Shown: one piece after another, positions 21,905 through 34,883 of the stretch | Layout: each line of letters begins with the position of its first letter | Numbering within the stretch: position 1 is the stretch's first letter | Assembly (NCBI RefSeq): GCF_001194135.2 | Contig: NC_068990.1 | Span: 78,826,961 to 78,862,624 of the forward strand | Length of the DNA: 35,664 nucleotides | Direction of reading: 5' to 3' | Source: Octopus bimaculoides | Lineage: Eukaryota | Made by a program: the position numbers and the translations under genes | The notes under the pieces: generated by a model | Databases searched by the model: none | Told to the model about the DNA's origin: nothing | What the model saw: only the letters and a program-made list of their open reading frames with translations

Positions 21905-22317
21905 TTGTGTGTGTGTGCGTACGTGTTTGTGTGTGCATATAAATACACACACAGATATATATAATATGTATGCACACACTTACACAAACGCATATTTGTA
22001 TTTATGTCAAAATAACTAAATGAATGACTGTGTAGCAATATATTCACACACACACACACACAAGCACATACACACACAGATACATCAGTGCGTTATTCTA
22101 CGTGGCATAAAAGGAAAATGTAACAGTTTTTTTTTAAAGTAGAAGTCCCAAGTTGCACTGCAAGACGATTGTGTGCATGTGATGTATTACGTTTTAGTAG
22201 CTGTATATCCACATTTACATGGCGTTACATGTGTTATCAATATCCACACACACACACACACACACGGATATGCATACACGTATATGTATGTATACACACA
22301 CACACACACACACACCC

Positions 22318-22522
22318 ATCAGGGTCTACTGAAAAGTTCCTGGCTTTTGTTAAAAGAAAATACAGGAGGATCAGTTAATCATGATTTTATTCAACATATT
22401 CTCCTCTCAGATTCACATACTTATTGCTGTGGTCCTTCGGTTTTCCAAGCCCTGTAAAAGAACTCGGAAGTCTGGGCCTCCAGCCAGGCCTTTCGCAACA
22501 CCCATGAAGTCAGGAACGTTTC
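22318..22522. mobile_element. Mariner-type MITE, right end lost into (CT)n
   Basis: Inverted repeat GAAAAGTTCCTGGCTT (22331-22346) versus reverse complement GAAACGTTCCTGACTT (22507-22522). Internal TTTTATTCAACATA resembles mariner-derived MITEs. Confidence 0.6.
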
Positions 22523-22554
<32 letters not shown>

Positions 22555-23025
22555 TACACACACACGTATATATGAAGAATATATAAACAAACGACATAAT
22601 ATATACTGAATGTAAAAACAAACGTGAGACAAACAGAAAGTCCATAATCCTTCATCGGTTATCGACCAAAGGTACCTTTCAGTTTCGCACCTTTAACAAG
22701 AAGACTGAAAGCTTCCCAATTGGCGGTGCCCACATAAAGGAGTTTTTTGCGTAGAATTAGGAACAAGAGCAAACAAAACGAAACAAAACAAGCAAAACGA
22801 CGCAGATTGTGAATTAGGACGGTGGATGAGGACAAACAGTTGAACAAAATACGTCCTTGGGGCCAAGAAGTCGAGAATAGTGGGTAACGCTTAGAAAATG
22901 TTTTGAATGATGNNNNNNNNNNNNNNNNNNNNNNNNNNNNNNNNNNNNNNNNNNNNNNNNNNNNNNNNNNNNNNNNNNNNNNNNNNNNNNNNNNNNNNNN
23001 NNNNNNNNNNNNNNNNNNNNNNNNN

Positions 23026-23064
<39 letters not shown>

Positions 23065-23761
23065 GCGCATATATGTATACATATGTGCGTATGTATGGAT
23101 ATATGTATAAATTATCTGCATACATACACAAGCCTCCCCATACACATACAAACATGCTTGAGAAAAGAAAGATGAGAGTAAGATAGAGTGAGGGAAATAA
23201 GAGCAAACATGGAATGAAGATAAAACACAAACTAGACATGGAAGAACGTGTTTAGTATGCGTGAAAGAGGTGGGAGGAAGAGGGAGAGAGAAAAGAAGAG
23301 GAAGCGTAAGATTAGGAGAGAGTGACTGAGAGAAAGAAAAAGAAAGAGACAGTGAGTATGTGTGAGGGAGAGAAGAAGAAGGAGATAAGTAGGGTTGTGG
23401 TCAGGTACAATTTTGTTGTATACTAATGGCTTGAAGTTAGTTTTCTATAACTTTAAAGTTAGATTACCAGTTTCATAGCCAAAGGATTTAGAACGATTCG
23501 GACAGCCCTTCGGCAAGAATGAAACCCTAGTATCATTATCTGTGAACACTACAACATTGTAAATTGACTTGGTTCTATACTATTCACACAGATATTTGGT
23601 TCATGTCTTAAAAGATTTCAATATATTCTCCCCTGCACAGTCAGCTGTCTCGATCAAGATGTGAGACGTCAACTTTATTAGAACTTTCTTACCAACGGAT
23701 TAAATTTTACCAATTTTACATAAAATTTAATGTATTATAAAATATATTAAAATCTTTAATT

Positions 23762-23994
23762 ATTACAGAGATGTACTTGCATGGTGAGTGACCTGATCTG
23801 AGATCGTGTGTTGAAACAAAAACAATTGCAGCGTGGAAGGTGTTTATAAGAACGGAATTTTGTCCGTGAACAGGTCGCGGTTTCAAAGCGACGAAAATAT
23901 TTTGACAAATTAAAAATTTAAATGTTGAAGTAAATCTAACGGTTTTTGTGTGTTTTTAAATGGTTTATAAACGCCTTCTACGCTGCAATTGTTT
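23762..23994. mobile_element. Interspersed repeat containing a 30-bp inverted repeat (23820-23849 / 23965-23994)
   Basis: AAACAATTGCAGCGTGGAAGGTGTTTATAA versus reverse complement AAACAATTGCAGCGTAGAAGGCGTTTATAA (28/30). Confidence 0.65.
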
Positions 23995-24770
23995 ACTTAA
24001 TTATTGTTACATCAATTTATATAATATTATATTTTTATTCCGTAATTTATGCTAAATGAAATAAAATGAAGAGAGTATCCAAGAAAATGAAGCCTGATAC
24101 AAAAGAATGCGGCCAATTTAGAATCGGATTACCAAAATACCTTTGAGACATCCATCAAAACATTTCTAAGAAAATTGTTGTTGTCCCGTGTAAATAAATG
24201 CATTTTAGTTGGGACATTGGTTCGTTATCAGAAGTTCATAAATATGTTTGCTCTTCTATTGCATCTAGTGGACATCTCGTGCGGATTATTTGTTGAGGAA
24301 TTCCAGCGTCAATTAGTATATGAGCAATTGAAGTGGAGGAGTTTTATGAAGAAAATTCCCATAAGTGAATGTTTATAAAAAAAAAAAACATTCGCTCACA
24401 GTTAGATAATATATTGATGTGTTGTTGACTGATAGTCTGCGAGGGTACATCGTACATCCTTTTTTTCTTTCTGATCCAAAGAGTTGGGAAAAAGGTTTAA
24501 TGTCAAACATAAAGATTTTCTCACATTGAATGTTGGTGTATACAGAAAAAGAAATATTTTAAATTTTGGTTTATACATGAGAAGTAGGAGTAGGGGGCAT
24601 ATTTTCTTTCTTGTAGTGTCTTTAAACGCTATAAGGTTCCTAGATCTCACAAAATGTGATTACGGGTTTCCTCATTTATTGGCGGACGTTATCTTGGGGG
24701 AAGCGATTGATATTAGTAGGAAGTAGAGGATTGGAGTTCAAGGAGGCGAACGGATATGTACCTGAGATAT

Positions 24771-24772
<2 letters not shown>

Positions 24773-24823
<51 letters not shown>
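24773..24823. repeat. (GTA)n microsatellite
   Basis: Direct reading. Confidence 0.95.
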
Positions 24824-25839
24824 CCAGCTGCAATATGGAGTCACGTGTTGTAACAGCCTGTCGCTGCATCCACCATTTGTTGGTGATTCCCTATGACTGC
24901 TGATGGATGACACCTTTACACCACTTAGGCAACAACCTGACAACCCATGGGTCTGTTTGGGTGGTCATTGCTGGTGAGGGTTTTACGAGGCTGGAGTGCA
25001 ATTTCTACCTCGACCTCATTTAGTCACCTTTTACAACAGGTAGAAGAAACGTTGAGTCAATTCTTTCGCTTGCCGGTCCAAATGCAGCACACGGAGATAT
25101 TTTAATGATAATTTACATTGATAGAAAGTTTGAGGAAAATGAAAAACATGTTGGATTATCTCGATATATTAAGGTCATTTAAGGGTTCCATTAACTGGAG
25201 TGGATAGCTGATGAAGTAACAAGTTGTAGAGACATTAACCACATTTGCGAAGATAAGGAAGAAAAGATTTAATACCCAGACATAGTCACAGAGGAGTCGA
25301 ATGGGTTTTTATAGCTATTTCAGGCATGCAATGATTCACAAGCAATCACGAGATATTTTGAGGTTATTGTTATCAAGTTTTTTTCCAATTAATAAAAGTT
25401 TCCAGGGCATATCTTACATTACATTTAGTGGAACATGTAAAAAGAAAACATTTTTTTCAGGCTAATCAATTCATACTCACTTCTACAAATATACTGCTAA
25501 CCTAATTTGAGTTAAGGTTTTGTTTTTCTTCCAGTCATCTCGATGGCTTCCATATTTTCACTCGTATTTCACCGTGTTATTATTTTTTCTTTAAATGTAT
25601 TTGCGTGAATGTATCTTAAAGTATTATTTTCCTACCCATTAAATACATCACTTCGGTGGCTTATTTAAAGCAGGATTGCTTCAATAGATCGTATGACATA
25701 TACAATAGACAGCATGCACAAATGTGTGTGTGTGTGTGTATGTGCTGTGAGTGTATGCGATGGTAAACTTTTGAGGGAAACGAATTTGGTTTCGATCGCA
25801 GGGAAAAACTGTTTCACTGGGAACATGAAATAAAATTTC

Positions 25840-25840
25840 C

Positions 25841-25876
<36 letters not shown>

Positions 25877-25877
25877 G

Positions 25878-25929
<52 letters not shown>

Positions 25930-25942
25930 GCTACTGCTGCTG

Positions 25943-26007
<65 letters not shown>

Positions 26008-26021
26008 TNNNNNNNNNNNNN

Positions 26022-26112
<91 letters not shown>
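25840..26112. repeat. Long (CTA)n with (CTG)n interruptions and a small gap
   Basis: Direct reading. Confidence 0.95.
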
Positions 26113-26113
<1 letters not shown>

Positions 26114-27617
26114 TCTCTGCCGCTTCTTTATATGCTGTGTAAATAGGTGCGTAAGAAAATACACAGCAACAGTTATTCTGGTAAGACGAACTGGAAGTAG
26201 TTCAGGCGGTCAACTAACTGCGAGGCTTGCAACAAACACAGCGGCAACAACGGATAAGTCGATGAACTTAATATGTGTGCACTTACAGTTGTAATATGTG
26301 TACGCATACAGATCTATACATTCAACGAAATCCATGATTGCAAACCTGTATATGTGTGCATGGATATGATATAAGATTTACAATATTCTTGCTAAAAAGA
26401 AAAATACTATAAATATAAATTCTTGAAATGTGCAGATTAAATTCGAGATGCAATAATTATTTTTGTGCTTAAAATGAAATTAAAATATTTACGGCTGATT
26501 ATATACAGTTAATTTCTATTGCTGAATGCATAAAAACGTGATTAACCGCGTATGATTAAATTTATGACATGAAAACTAGAAACTTATTGCCCATTATAAG
26601 AATCAAAATAATTTATAATGCTTTCACTTCTTCACAAGTGGCATGTACCTTGAGTATGAGGCGAAGCAATACCGTTTAGCGGAGTAAATTCTGGAAAAAA
26701 GAACAAAAAACATTAAGGTCTGATCTCAGTTTCCACCATCGTAAATGTTTCCTGCAGACAATGACTCGCAGGTCCTTACCTTGGTAATCGATCATATCAG
26801 TCTAATTTTCTGGACTGCATACTTACTTGACTAACATATGAAGCAAATTTTTAATTTATAAATTTCTGTTAAATTTTATTTGTACTCATTTGCCTACTTT
26901 TTAAAAATTCATTGTATGTAATAAAATTAATTTCTTTGATAAATTGTGAAAATATTAAAATTCTTTAAACGTTCAACATTAATAATGGTACTTGTACTCT
27001 TGATTTAGAAACGATTTAATGAAAGAGAAATTTATAAACTAAATTGCTTATTTTAAACGAATAAAATTTATTTTTCTTTCAGTTTTTTTTTATATATAGT
27101 AATATTGGTGAAAAGCTAAAAAAAAACACAATTAGTTATTCGTAGAACAAGAACAGAGAATGTATGATATAGAATTTACGATATACCCCAGACACAAAGC
27201 CAATACTATAATATCTATGCGAAATACATACACAGGTCACAATATTTCAGAATAGTTAATTAATTAGCCATGTGAAAAGTGGTATTTCTTTGATAAAAGA
27301 TATTGCCAGCTTAGAGTAATTTACATGTAAACTACGATATGTACGAAAGAGATTTGTTTCTATTTCAGAGAGATTTAGTTCCGAATGGAACCACTTATAT
27401 TCCCTCAGCTGTAGTAAAACAACAATAAATGAATATAAAGATGTATATTATGCAGTGATTGATTCGACATTCATCTCATTCGAAGCTGAAGTGACTACTG
27501 TTAATATATTCAGGTTATGAAGTTAAGGTGGGCTCGACTTTTTGACGTGGAACAACAAACTCATGAGATTTCTGAAGGAACAAGACATTAATATTCGGTG
27601 ATAGATTATCTTCCGCC

Positions 27618-27659
<42 letters not shown>

Positions 27660-28839
27660 NNNNNNNNNNNNNNNNNNNNNNNNNNNNNNNNNNNNNNNNN
27701 NNNNNNNNNNNNNNNNNNNNNNNNNNNNNNNNNNNNNNNNNNNNNNNNNNNNNNNNNNNNNNNNNNNNNNNNNNNNNNNNNNNNNNNNNNNNNNNNNNNN
27801 NNNNNNNNNNNNNNNNNNNNNNNNNNNNNNNNNNNNNNNNNNNNNNNNNNNNNNNNNNNNNNNNNNNNNNNNNNNNNNNNNNNNNNNNNNNNNNNNNNNN
27901 NNNNNNNNNNNNNNNNNNNNNNNNNNNNNNNNNNNNNNNNNNNNNNNNNNNNNNNNNNNNNNNNNNNNNNNNNNNNNNNNNNNNNNNNNNNNNNNNNNNN
28001 NNNNNNNNNNNNNNNNNNNNNNNNNNNNNNNNNNNNNNNNNNNNNNNNNNNNNNNNNNNNNNNNNNNNNNNNNNNNNNNNNNNNNNNNNNNNNNNNNNNN
28101 NNNNNNNNNNNNNNNNNNNNNNNNNNNNNNNNNNNNNNNNNNNNNNNNNNNNNNNNNNNNNNNNNNNNNNNNNNNNNNNNNNNNNNNNNNNNNNNNNNNN
28201 NNNNNNNNNNNNNNNNNNNNNNNNNNNNNNNNNNNNNNNNNNNNNNNNNNNNNNNNNNNNNNNNNNNNNNNNNNNNNNNNNNNNNNNNNNNNNNNNNNNN
28301 NNNNNNNNNNNNNNNNNNNNNNNNNNNNNNNNNNNNNNNNNNNNNNNNNNNNNNNNNNNNNNNNNNNNNNNNNNNNNNNNNNNNNNNNNNNNNNNNNNNN
28401 NNNNNNNNNNNNNNNNNNNNNNNNNNNNNNNNTGAAGGAGATCAGGCACTATCAAGAAAAACGTACTCTACAAAATACTAATTTAAAAATCTATAAGATC
28501 TAAAAGAAAAGTTTATAATCCATAAAATCTATAAAATATTAGATTAAAAATTTAATTCAGTTTAGTAAGTTTATAAAAAAGAAAGTGAATTCTAGGCTAC
28601 GCGCGTTTCGTGGCCACATAATAGCAGAAAAAATCTGTACAATTCACAATAAATCGCTCAAGATAAATTCTACTCACAATGAAGTCACTCTTCAGGTTTT
28701 TATAAATTCAAATAACGTATCCTACTATTTAAATAATATAACTAAAATAAAATAGGAATAAAGTAGAAATATCTGTACGTGTAGGAAAGCTATTATTAGT
28801 ACAATACATAAAATGTCAAGGTTTAATAATAATAAACGA

Positions 28840-28840
<1 letters not shown>

Positions 28841-28902
<62 letters not shown>
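28841..28902. repeat. (AAT)n microsatellite
   Basis: Direct reading. Confidence 0.95.
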
Positions 28903-28906
<4 letters not shown>

Positions 28907-29545
28907 GAGTGTCATGTGACTTGCTTCTCTGAGTATACTCCAAGTCTCCACTTAATGAACGAAACTTTATATCTGTTTTTTTTTTCATGAACATCTTACA
29001 AAAGTTACTTTTTTCAGACATACTTTTGATAAAATCTTCTTCTGTGTTAATGTGTATAGGGGTAAGTGTGTATATTTATGTATGTATAAGAAATAAAGAC
29101 AAGGGGGCGAAGAACCCGATTCCTATTAAAACCCCAGGGGGAACAACTTCACCACGATGACTATTATTATTACTCCTGCTAGTTATTCGATTGCTTCAGC
29201 CACTCCTAAGAAATCAAGTCTTGACCACACTATCTAATTTACAAAAACAGATAGTAGTAGTTTGTGGTCACAGTCAGTTGAACTTGTCATGCTATCAGAA
29301 CCAAAGGATATTATCACGTGTTTCTTGCAGGAAAAAGGAAAGTAAACTATGAATGTTAATCTTAATTTTTTTAATAGTTCTTTTCTCTTTACATATTCCA
29401 TTTTAGTACATATTTTTGATAAGGTTTTTCAAAAGCCGAAACATGTAAAAGGAAAATTAAAATGTACCCAATTTTAAGAAAGTAGCATTTTCAGTCTTGT
29501 TTTCCATAAATATCTAGTTACTCGTGTGTTACCTCTACAAATCTT

Positions 29546-29582
<37 letters not shown>

Positions 29583-30999
29583 AAAGGATGTGNNNNNNNN
29601 NNNNNNNNNNNNNNNNNNNNNNNNNNNNNNNNNNNNNNNNNNNNNNNNNNNNNNNNNNNNNNNNNNNNNNNNNNNNNNNNNNNNNNNNNNNNNNNNNNNN
29701 NNNNNNNNNNNNNNNNNNNNNNNNNNNNNNNNNNNNNNNNNNNNNNNNNNNNNNNNNNNNNNNNNNNNNNNNNNNNNNNNNNNNNNNNNNNNNNNNNNNN
29801 NNNNNNNNNNNNNNNNNNNNNNNNNNNNNNNNNNNNNNNNNNNNNNNNNNNNNNNNNNNNNNNNNNNNNNNNNNNNNNNNNNNNNNNNNNNNNNNNNNNN
29901 NNNNNNNNNNNNNNNNNNNNNNNNNNNNNNNNNNNNNNNNNNNNNNNNNNNNNNNNNNNNNNNNNNNNNNNNNNNNNNNNNNNNNNNNNNNNNNNNNNNN
30001 NNNNNNNNNNNNNNNNNNNNNNNNNNNNNNNNNNNNNNNATATATATATATATATATATATATAGGTATATGATAGGATTGCTTATATATATATATATAA
30101 TTATATATATATAATTAGGTAAATTTCTTCAATACAAATTTTACACCGTTTGTGTTGAAGAAATATACCAAATTCTTACATCAAAATACAAATTAATAAA
30201 CCGAAGACATGAAAGAGCGTCACGTTGTGTTCATCAGTTAAAACATTCATTTAATCGATTTAAGTGATTGAATGATACGTAATACTAAAATTAGGATAGA
30301 AATCAAGTAAACAATAACAAGTAGAGTAACTGATTAAATATAATCTCCTAAATAAATAAACTTAATTAATATTAAAGAGCGATAAAGGAAAAAGATTAAC
30401 GATATCCATAAATCTAATTATAAAATTAGTAAATTAAGAATAGAACAAAAGCTCATTAACAATAATAGTAATAATGATATGAGTAGAAGTAGTATTAGTA
30501 GTGATTGGGATGATAATAGTAGTAACAATAATAACATCAACATACACTAAGTAGCCTGATACTTAATATACTACCATTCACCACTCCAAGACAAAATGCA
30601 CTTGCTGACCACTGGCCCATTCTTGGACGGCTGGTCACTTGTTTTTCTAACCTGTAGAATTGAACAGGTCGGAATTTAGGCTATTTTTAGATTACTAACT
30701 CCACGTATTTAGTTGTATTTAATTGAGGTGGGCTCCAAAACGCTGTTAATAGCACACTGAAGAAGCGGCAATTAACACCAAAATGCACACCAAGAAACAA
30801 AATTTTGCAGTGTGCACGAAATTGCAGCAGATGCATATATGTAGGTGATTGATAGCAGATTAAAAACTGGATATATAAATCTCTATTCTCCTTATTGTTA
30901 ATTTATTATTTCTTGTCTACCGACAACATGCAGTCTCTATAGAGACATGAATTTACCGATTTGAAGATTTTCTGTGGATAGTAAAATCAACTAGCTGGA

Positions 31000-31715
31000 G
31001 ATTTTCTACACCCATATGGACGTTAACCATATTAACTGGTAAAAGCTAATACGGTACCCGCTAGGATTGTACGGGATCCGAACAAAAGCCCCCCCCCCCC
31101 CAAGATAAAACTCACTCGGACACACCCTATCATCTTTTTACATTCCCATATTTTTCTCTCTCTATCACTCTCACCTCCGCATTCCTTCTATCAATTTATC
31201 TTGACTGACCACTAACCAGTACACTTTCCCTCTCTTCATTTCTTTATTATCTCTCTCTCCGCCTTTCTCTTTTCCTTTTTTCTTTTTTTCCTTTTCTTTG
31301 TTCCTCTCTTCCTGTTTTCGATTTGACCTTACAAATAACATCCCCAACTTTTAAGTCACTTTAAATAAAACCCTCGATTCAATAACACCGTGTAAAAATT
31401 CTATACTTGGAATGACCAATTTTAAATACTATTGGAACTTAATCTCAAAATACAGGAATCTTATATGTATACCATTCTGCCTAAATAATGGATCTACAAA
31501 TGCAATATCCCTGCATATCTCAGATCTAGTTTCATTCCTCCACTTCACTCTCTATTTCATATCTTATCTAGAATAACTATTGCTTAACCACTTTCTTACA
31601 CCGTCTCCGATGAAGGAGTATATAAAATATCATGGTAACAGCTGTAAGACCTTCTCTTTATAAATGTTTTAAAATCTTTCACAGCCTTGGATTTTTATCT
31701 CATTCTGAAAATCTT
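31000..31715 (+). mobile_element. Possible Penelope-like terminal (pLTR) remnant
   Basis: Pyrimidine-rich tract followed by a degenerate minimal hammerhead at 31603-31650. PLE terminal repeats are known to carry such motifs. Boundaries uncertain. Confidence 0.35.
31603..31650 (+). ncRNA. Degenerate (probably inactive) minimal hammerhead ribozyme
   Basis: GUCU-CCGAUGA-aggaguauauaaaauaucaug-GUAA-C-agcu-G-UA-AGAC. Perfect 4-bp stem I and palindromic stem III (ACAGCUGU), but two core substitutions (U4>C, A13>U). Confidence 0.55.
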
Positions 31716-32136
31716 TTTATATATACACATGCTGATATATGACATACGTTGGACTCTTCATTCGCACAATCACCAAAGCTGGAGCTTAACTATAATCTAT
31801 CCATAGCACTTACTCAGCATTACCTGACACCTTTGGGTCTTATTGACACCGTTACCTCTCTTAACCTCTCTCTCTATATATAGATATTAAATAATTAATA
31901 CAGTAGAAAGAATATGCTGGAAACATTATTTATCACAACGATCGTTCCGGCATAATTCTGCTCTACACCCGAATATATAGTGCGTGTGTTTATTTGGCAA
32001 AAAAAAAAAAAAAATTAAAAAAAGGGAAAGAAGTGTCCATCCCGAAACAACAATATTTGTTTCAACACACGATTTCACATCAGGAATCTTGCAGAACAAA
32101 TTCTTGAACGTAACGGTTTTGTTAATTTTTCAGATG

Positions 32137-32198
32137 ATTCAAACATATGTATGTATGTATGTATGTATCTATGTATGTATGTATGTATGTATGTATGT
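32137..32198. repeat. (TATG)n microsatellite
   Basis: Direct reading. Confidence 0.9.
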
Positions 32199-32201
32199 CT
32201 C

Positions 32202-32497
32202 TTCTATATTTTAATTATTATAAATCTTCCACCGAGGAGGGATCCGATTTCCAACGAAGATACAAAGCTCCATCTTTGAGAGGTAGTTAACACAGATAAA
32301 TTCACACTTGGAACTCGAGAAAAGTCTTGCATATTTTTACTGTTCCACTCACAGATTGCACTTGTAATGTACGAATTAGCCGGTCGATTTCTCCTTCTGA
32401 AAATCCCAGTTTATCCAGATTCTCCTTTAAGCATTAACTAATGCTCCAATTATTATTAGTAAGAATATGAATTCATAGTCTGGATATAGAATGCTGG
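32202..32497 (-). mobile_element. Second copy of the RLE non-LTR element 3' end (same family as 6600-7164)
   Basis: Reverse complement aligns to ~6866-7164, from CCAGC.TTCTATATCCAGACTATGAATTC to GTGGAAGATTTATAATAATT; it has a ~10-bp deletion relative to copy 1. Confidence 0.9.
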
Positions 32498-33022
32498 TGC
32501 AGAACTGAAGAGGCGCAGACACAGTCAATTGCAACCGGAGAGAACTCAGTGAGCACATCCGAAATTACAATCCACTTATTTAGATAAACTTTAAAACTTT
32601 CTAACATAGTCTTGCAGCCAAGTCGTGAAGGTCACCATCGTCCGGCAGGTAAAGTGACAATATCTCATTTTCTTCTCGCCGACGCACAAAAGTCGTATCT
32701 TCTCTTCTGTAATGAGTTTGATGCTAACAGGTGTTCCATTTCCTGATCTCGTTTCCTTCAGATTGTGCTATCGTAAGCTGATAGTGAATAAAATGTAAGC
32801 TCCTAGCGAGTCGAGCTCCTGACACACTTCCGTTTCCGAATTGTCTCTATTTGATATCATTCGTTAATGTTGTGTTAGCTAATAAATAAAACAAAAGCTA
32901 ACATACTCTACTGAATTTCAATTCCCCACGAATATAAACTTGAAACTAACGCAACGTTAAAAAACACCCACTTATATTACATTCATACATACACACATAC
33001 GTACACACGCACGTTCACAATA

Positions 33023-33053
<31 letters not shown>

Positions 33054-33630
33054 TAGAGCACGTTTAAGGATAATAACAGAATATTTATAGATAGAGTCAC
33101 ACCTTCAATAGAATAAATTCAAATATATTGAGGACATCAAGTTGGCGAGGACTTTACACATACACACACACAAACATACACAAACACACACACACACATG
33201 CATACACACATGCGCGCACACACACATGCACACAAACATGCACACACATATGCATATATATACATATATATGAAAACAGAAAACTGGAAAAATATTGGGG
33301 TATTATTTATTCTCCATTACACACGTTTCATAACCAAACAGGTGTACATGCAGAAAAATAAAATCTCGTCCGAGTTTATTTTAATGAGATACCTATTGAA
33401 ATCAACCGAGGGGACACACCTGCACCGAGGGATACACCTAAACCAGATGTTCAGAATCTCACCTGCGAGGGATCGATGCCAGATGCCTCGAAACAATTGT
33501 AGTGATCACTAAACATTCTTCTATCTTCTATCTTCCGTCTTTCTCATTAATCAAATGTTCAACGAAGACTGAACCGGTGAATTCGCTCTACCTACAAACT
33601 ACCAGGTGTATACCATACGGTTTATTATTG

Positions 33631-33665
<35 letters not shown>

Positions 33666-33688
33666 TGAATATATCCCTATATAAGCAT

Positions 33689-33814
33689 AAAGTGAAAGTC
33701 GGCAATGAAATCAGCAACGGGTGTAATGTGCAGATTGGATTTCACCGAGGATCAGTTCGCAACGTCCTTTTCTTTGTCATATTCCTCCAGGCCATAACAG
33801 AAGTTTAAGATTGG
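33689..33814 (+). mobile_element. RTE-clade RT fragment (runs into gap)
   Basis: KVKVGNEISNGCNVQIGFHRGSVRNVLFFVIFLQAITE resembles the RTE RT motif ..VGVHQGS.LSP.LF...L. Confidence 0.75.
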
Positions 33815-34883
33815 NNNNNNNNNNNNNNNNNNNNNNNNNNNNNNNNNNNNNNNNNNNNNNNNNNNNNNNNNNNNNNNNNNNNNNNNNNNNNNNNNNNNNN
33901 NNNNNNNNNNNNNNNNNNNNNNNNNNNNNNNNNNNNNNNNNNNNNNNNNNNNNNNNNNNNNNNNNNNNNNNNNNNNNNNNNNNNNNNNNNNNNNNNNNNN
34001 NNNNNNNNNNNNNNNNNNNNNNNNNNNNNNNNNNNNNNNNNNNNNNNNNNNNNNNNNNNNNNNNNNNNNNNNNNNNNNNNNNNNNNNNNNNNNNNNNNNN
34101 NNNNNNNNNNNNNNNNNNNNNNNNNNNNNNNNNNNNNNNNNNNNNNNNNNNNNNNNNNNNNNNNNNNNNNNNNNNNNNNNNNNNNNNNNNNNNNNNNNNN
34201 NNNNNNNNNNNNNNNNNNNNNNNNNNNNNNNNNNNNNNNNNNNNNNNNNNNNNNNNNNNNNNNNNNNNNNNNTATATATAAAAGCAACAAGGATATCCAG
34301 AGATAATGCAGTCCGATCATTTCATGCAACTCCATTTAATTGAACAATGCAATCATTACATCAATTTAAAATGCAGAACAATCCTCAGCTGCACAAAGAC
34401 ATAGAATTTAATTAAATTAGAACAGATGGTCACATTAATATAACCATACCTACAATCTCCAAGAAGTTGAGGAGATAAACAAAGAACATGCTGTCTTCAC
34501 TTCAGCATAGAAGTTACTAAAGAAGATATACTTTGTTACAGACTCTGCCTGTCAATGATTTTTTGTTTTTATGGGGTCAGTTTTAATTTATAGACTAGTT
34601 TATCAAATCCCTGTATATCTAAGGCTGAGAAAACAAAGGGGCAGTATCTGTTAGGAGTAGGGCTGAGGGAGCAGACAGACATCACACTTGGTATAGTCAT
34701 AAAAATCGAAATTTATTAGAAGCAATATCATGAGGTTTGGTAAAGGAAGACTTAAGACAAGATGTTAGCTGATAATTATGGGGGTCACCTACTAGCAGAC
34801 CATTCATAATGAAACAGGGGGGAGTCTTATCATGTAGTACTATAGTTAAATATTTTAAACAATGTTGGTACTTTAAACATTAT

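Noticed and set aside
26640-29345. Isolated splice-like signals (minus donor near 26778, minus acceptor near 27572, plus micro-exon near 29331)
   Set aside because: Frames close quickly or give no recognisable peptide; such motifs are common by chance.
30751-30820. CTGAAGA at 30757 with GCACA/TGTGC nearby as a hammerhead
   Set aside because: No correctly placed GAAA..UH, and the stems cannot be assembled convincingly.
3952-34335. Long track ORFs containing X runs (e.g. 3952-5079, 19794-21056, 27523-28455)
   Set aside because: They stay open only because N-gaps contain no stops. Most gaps are flanked by TA/CA or trinucleotide tracts, as expected for short-read assembly breaks.
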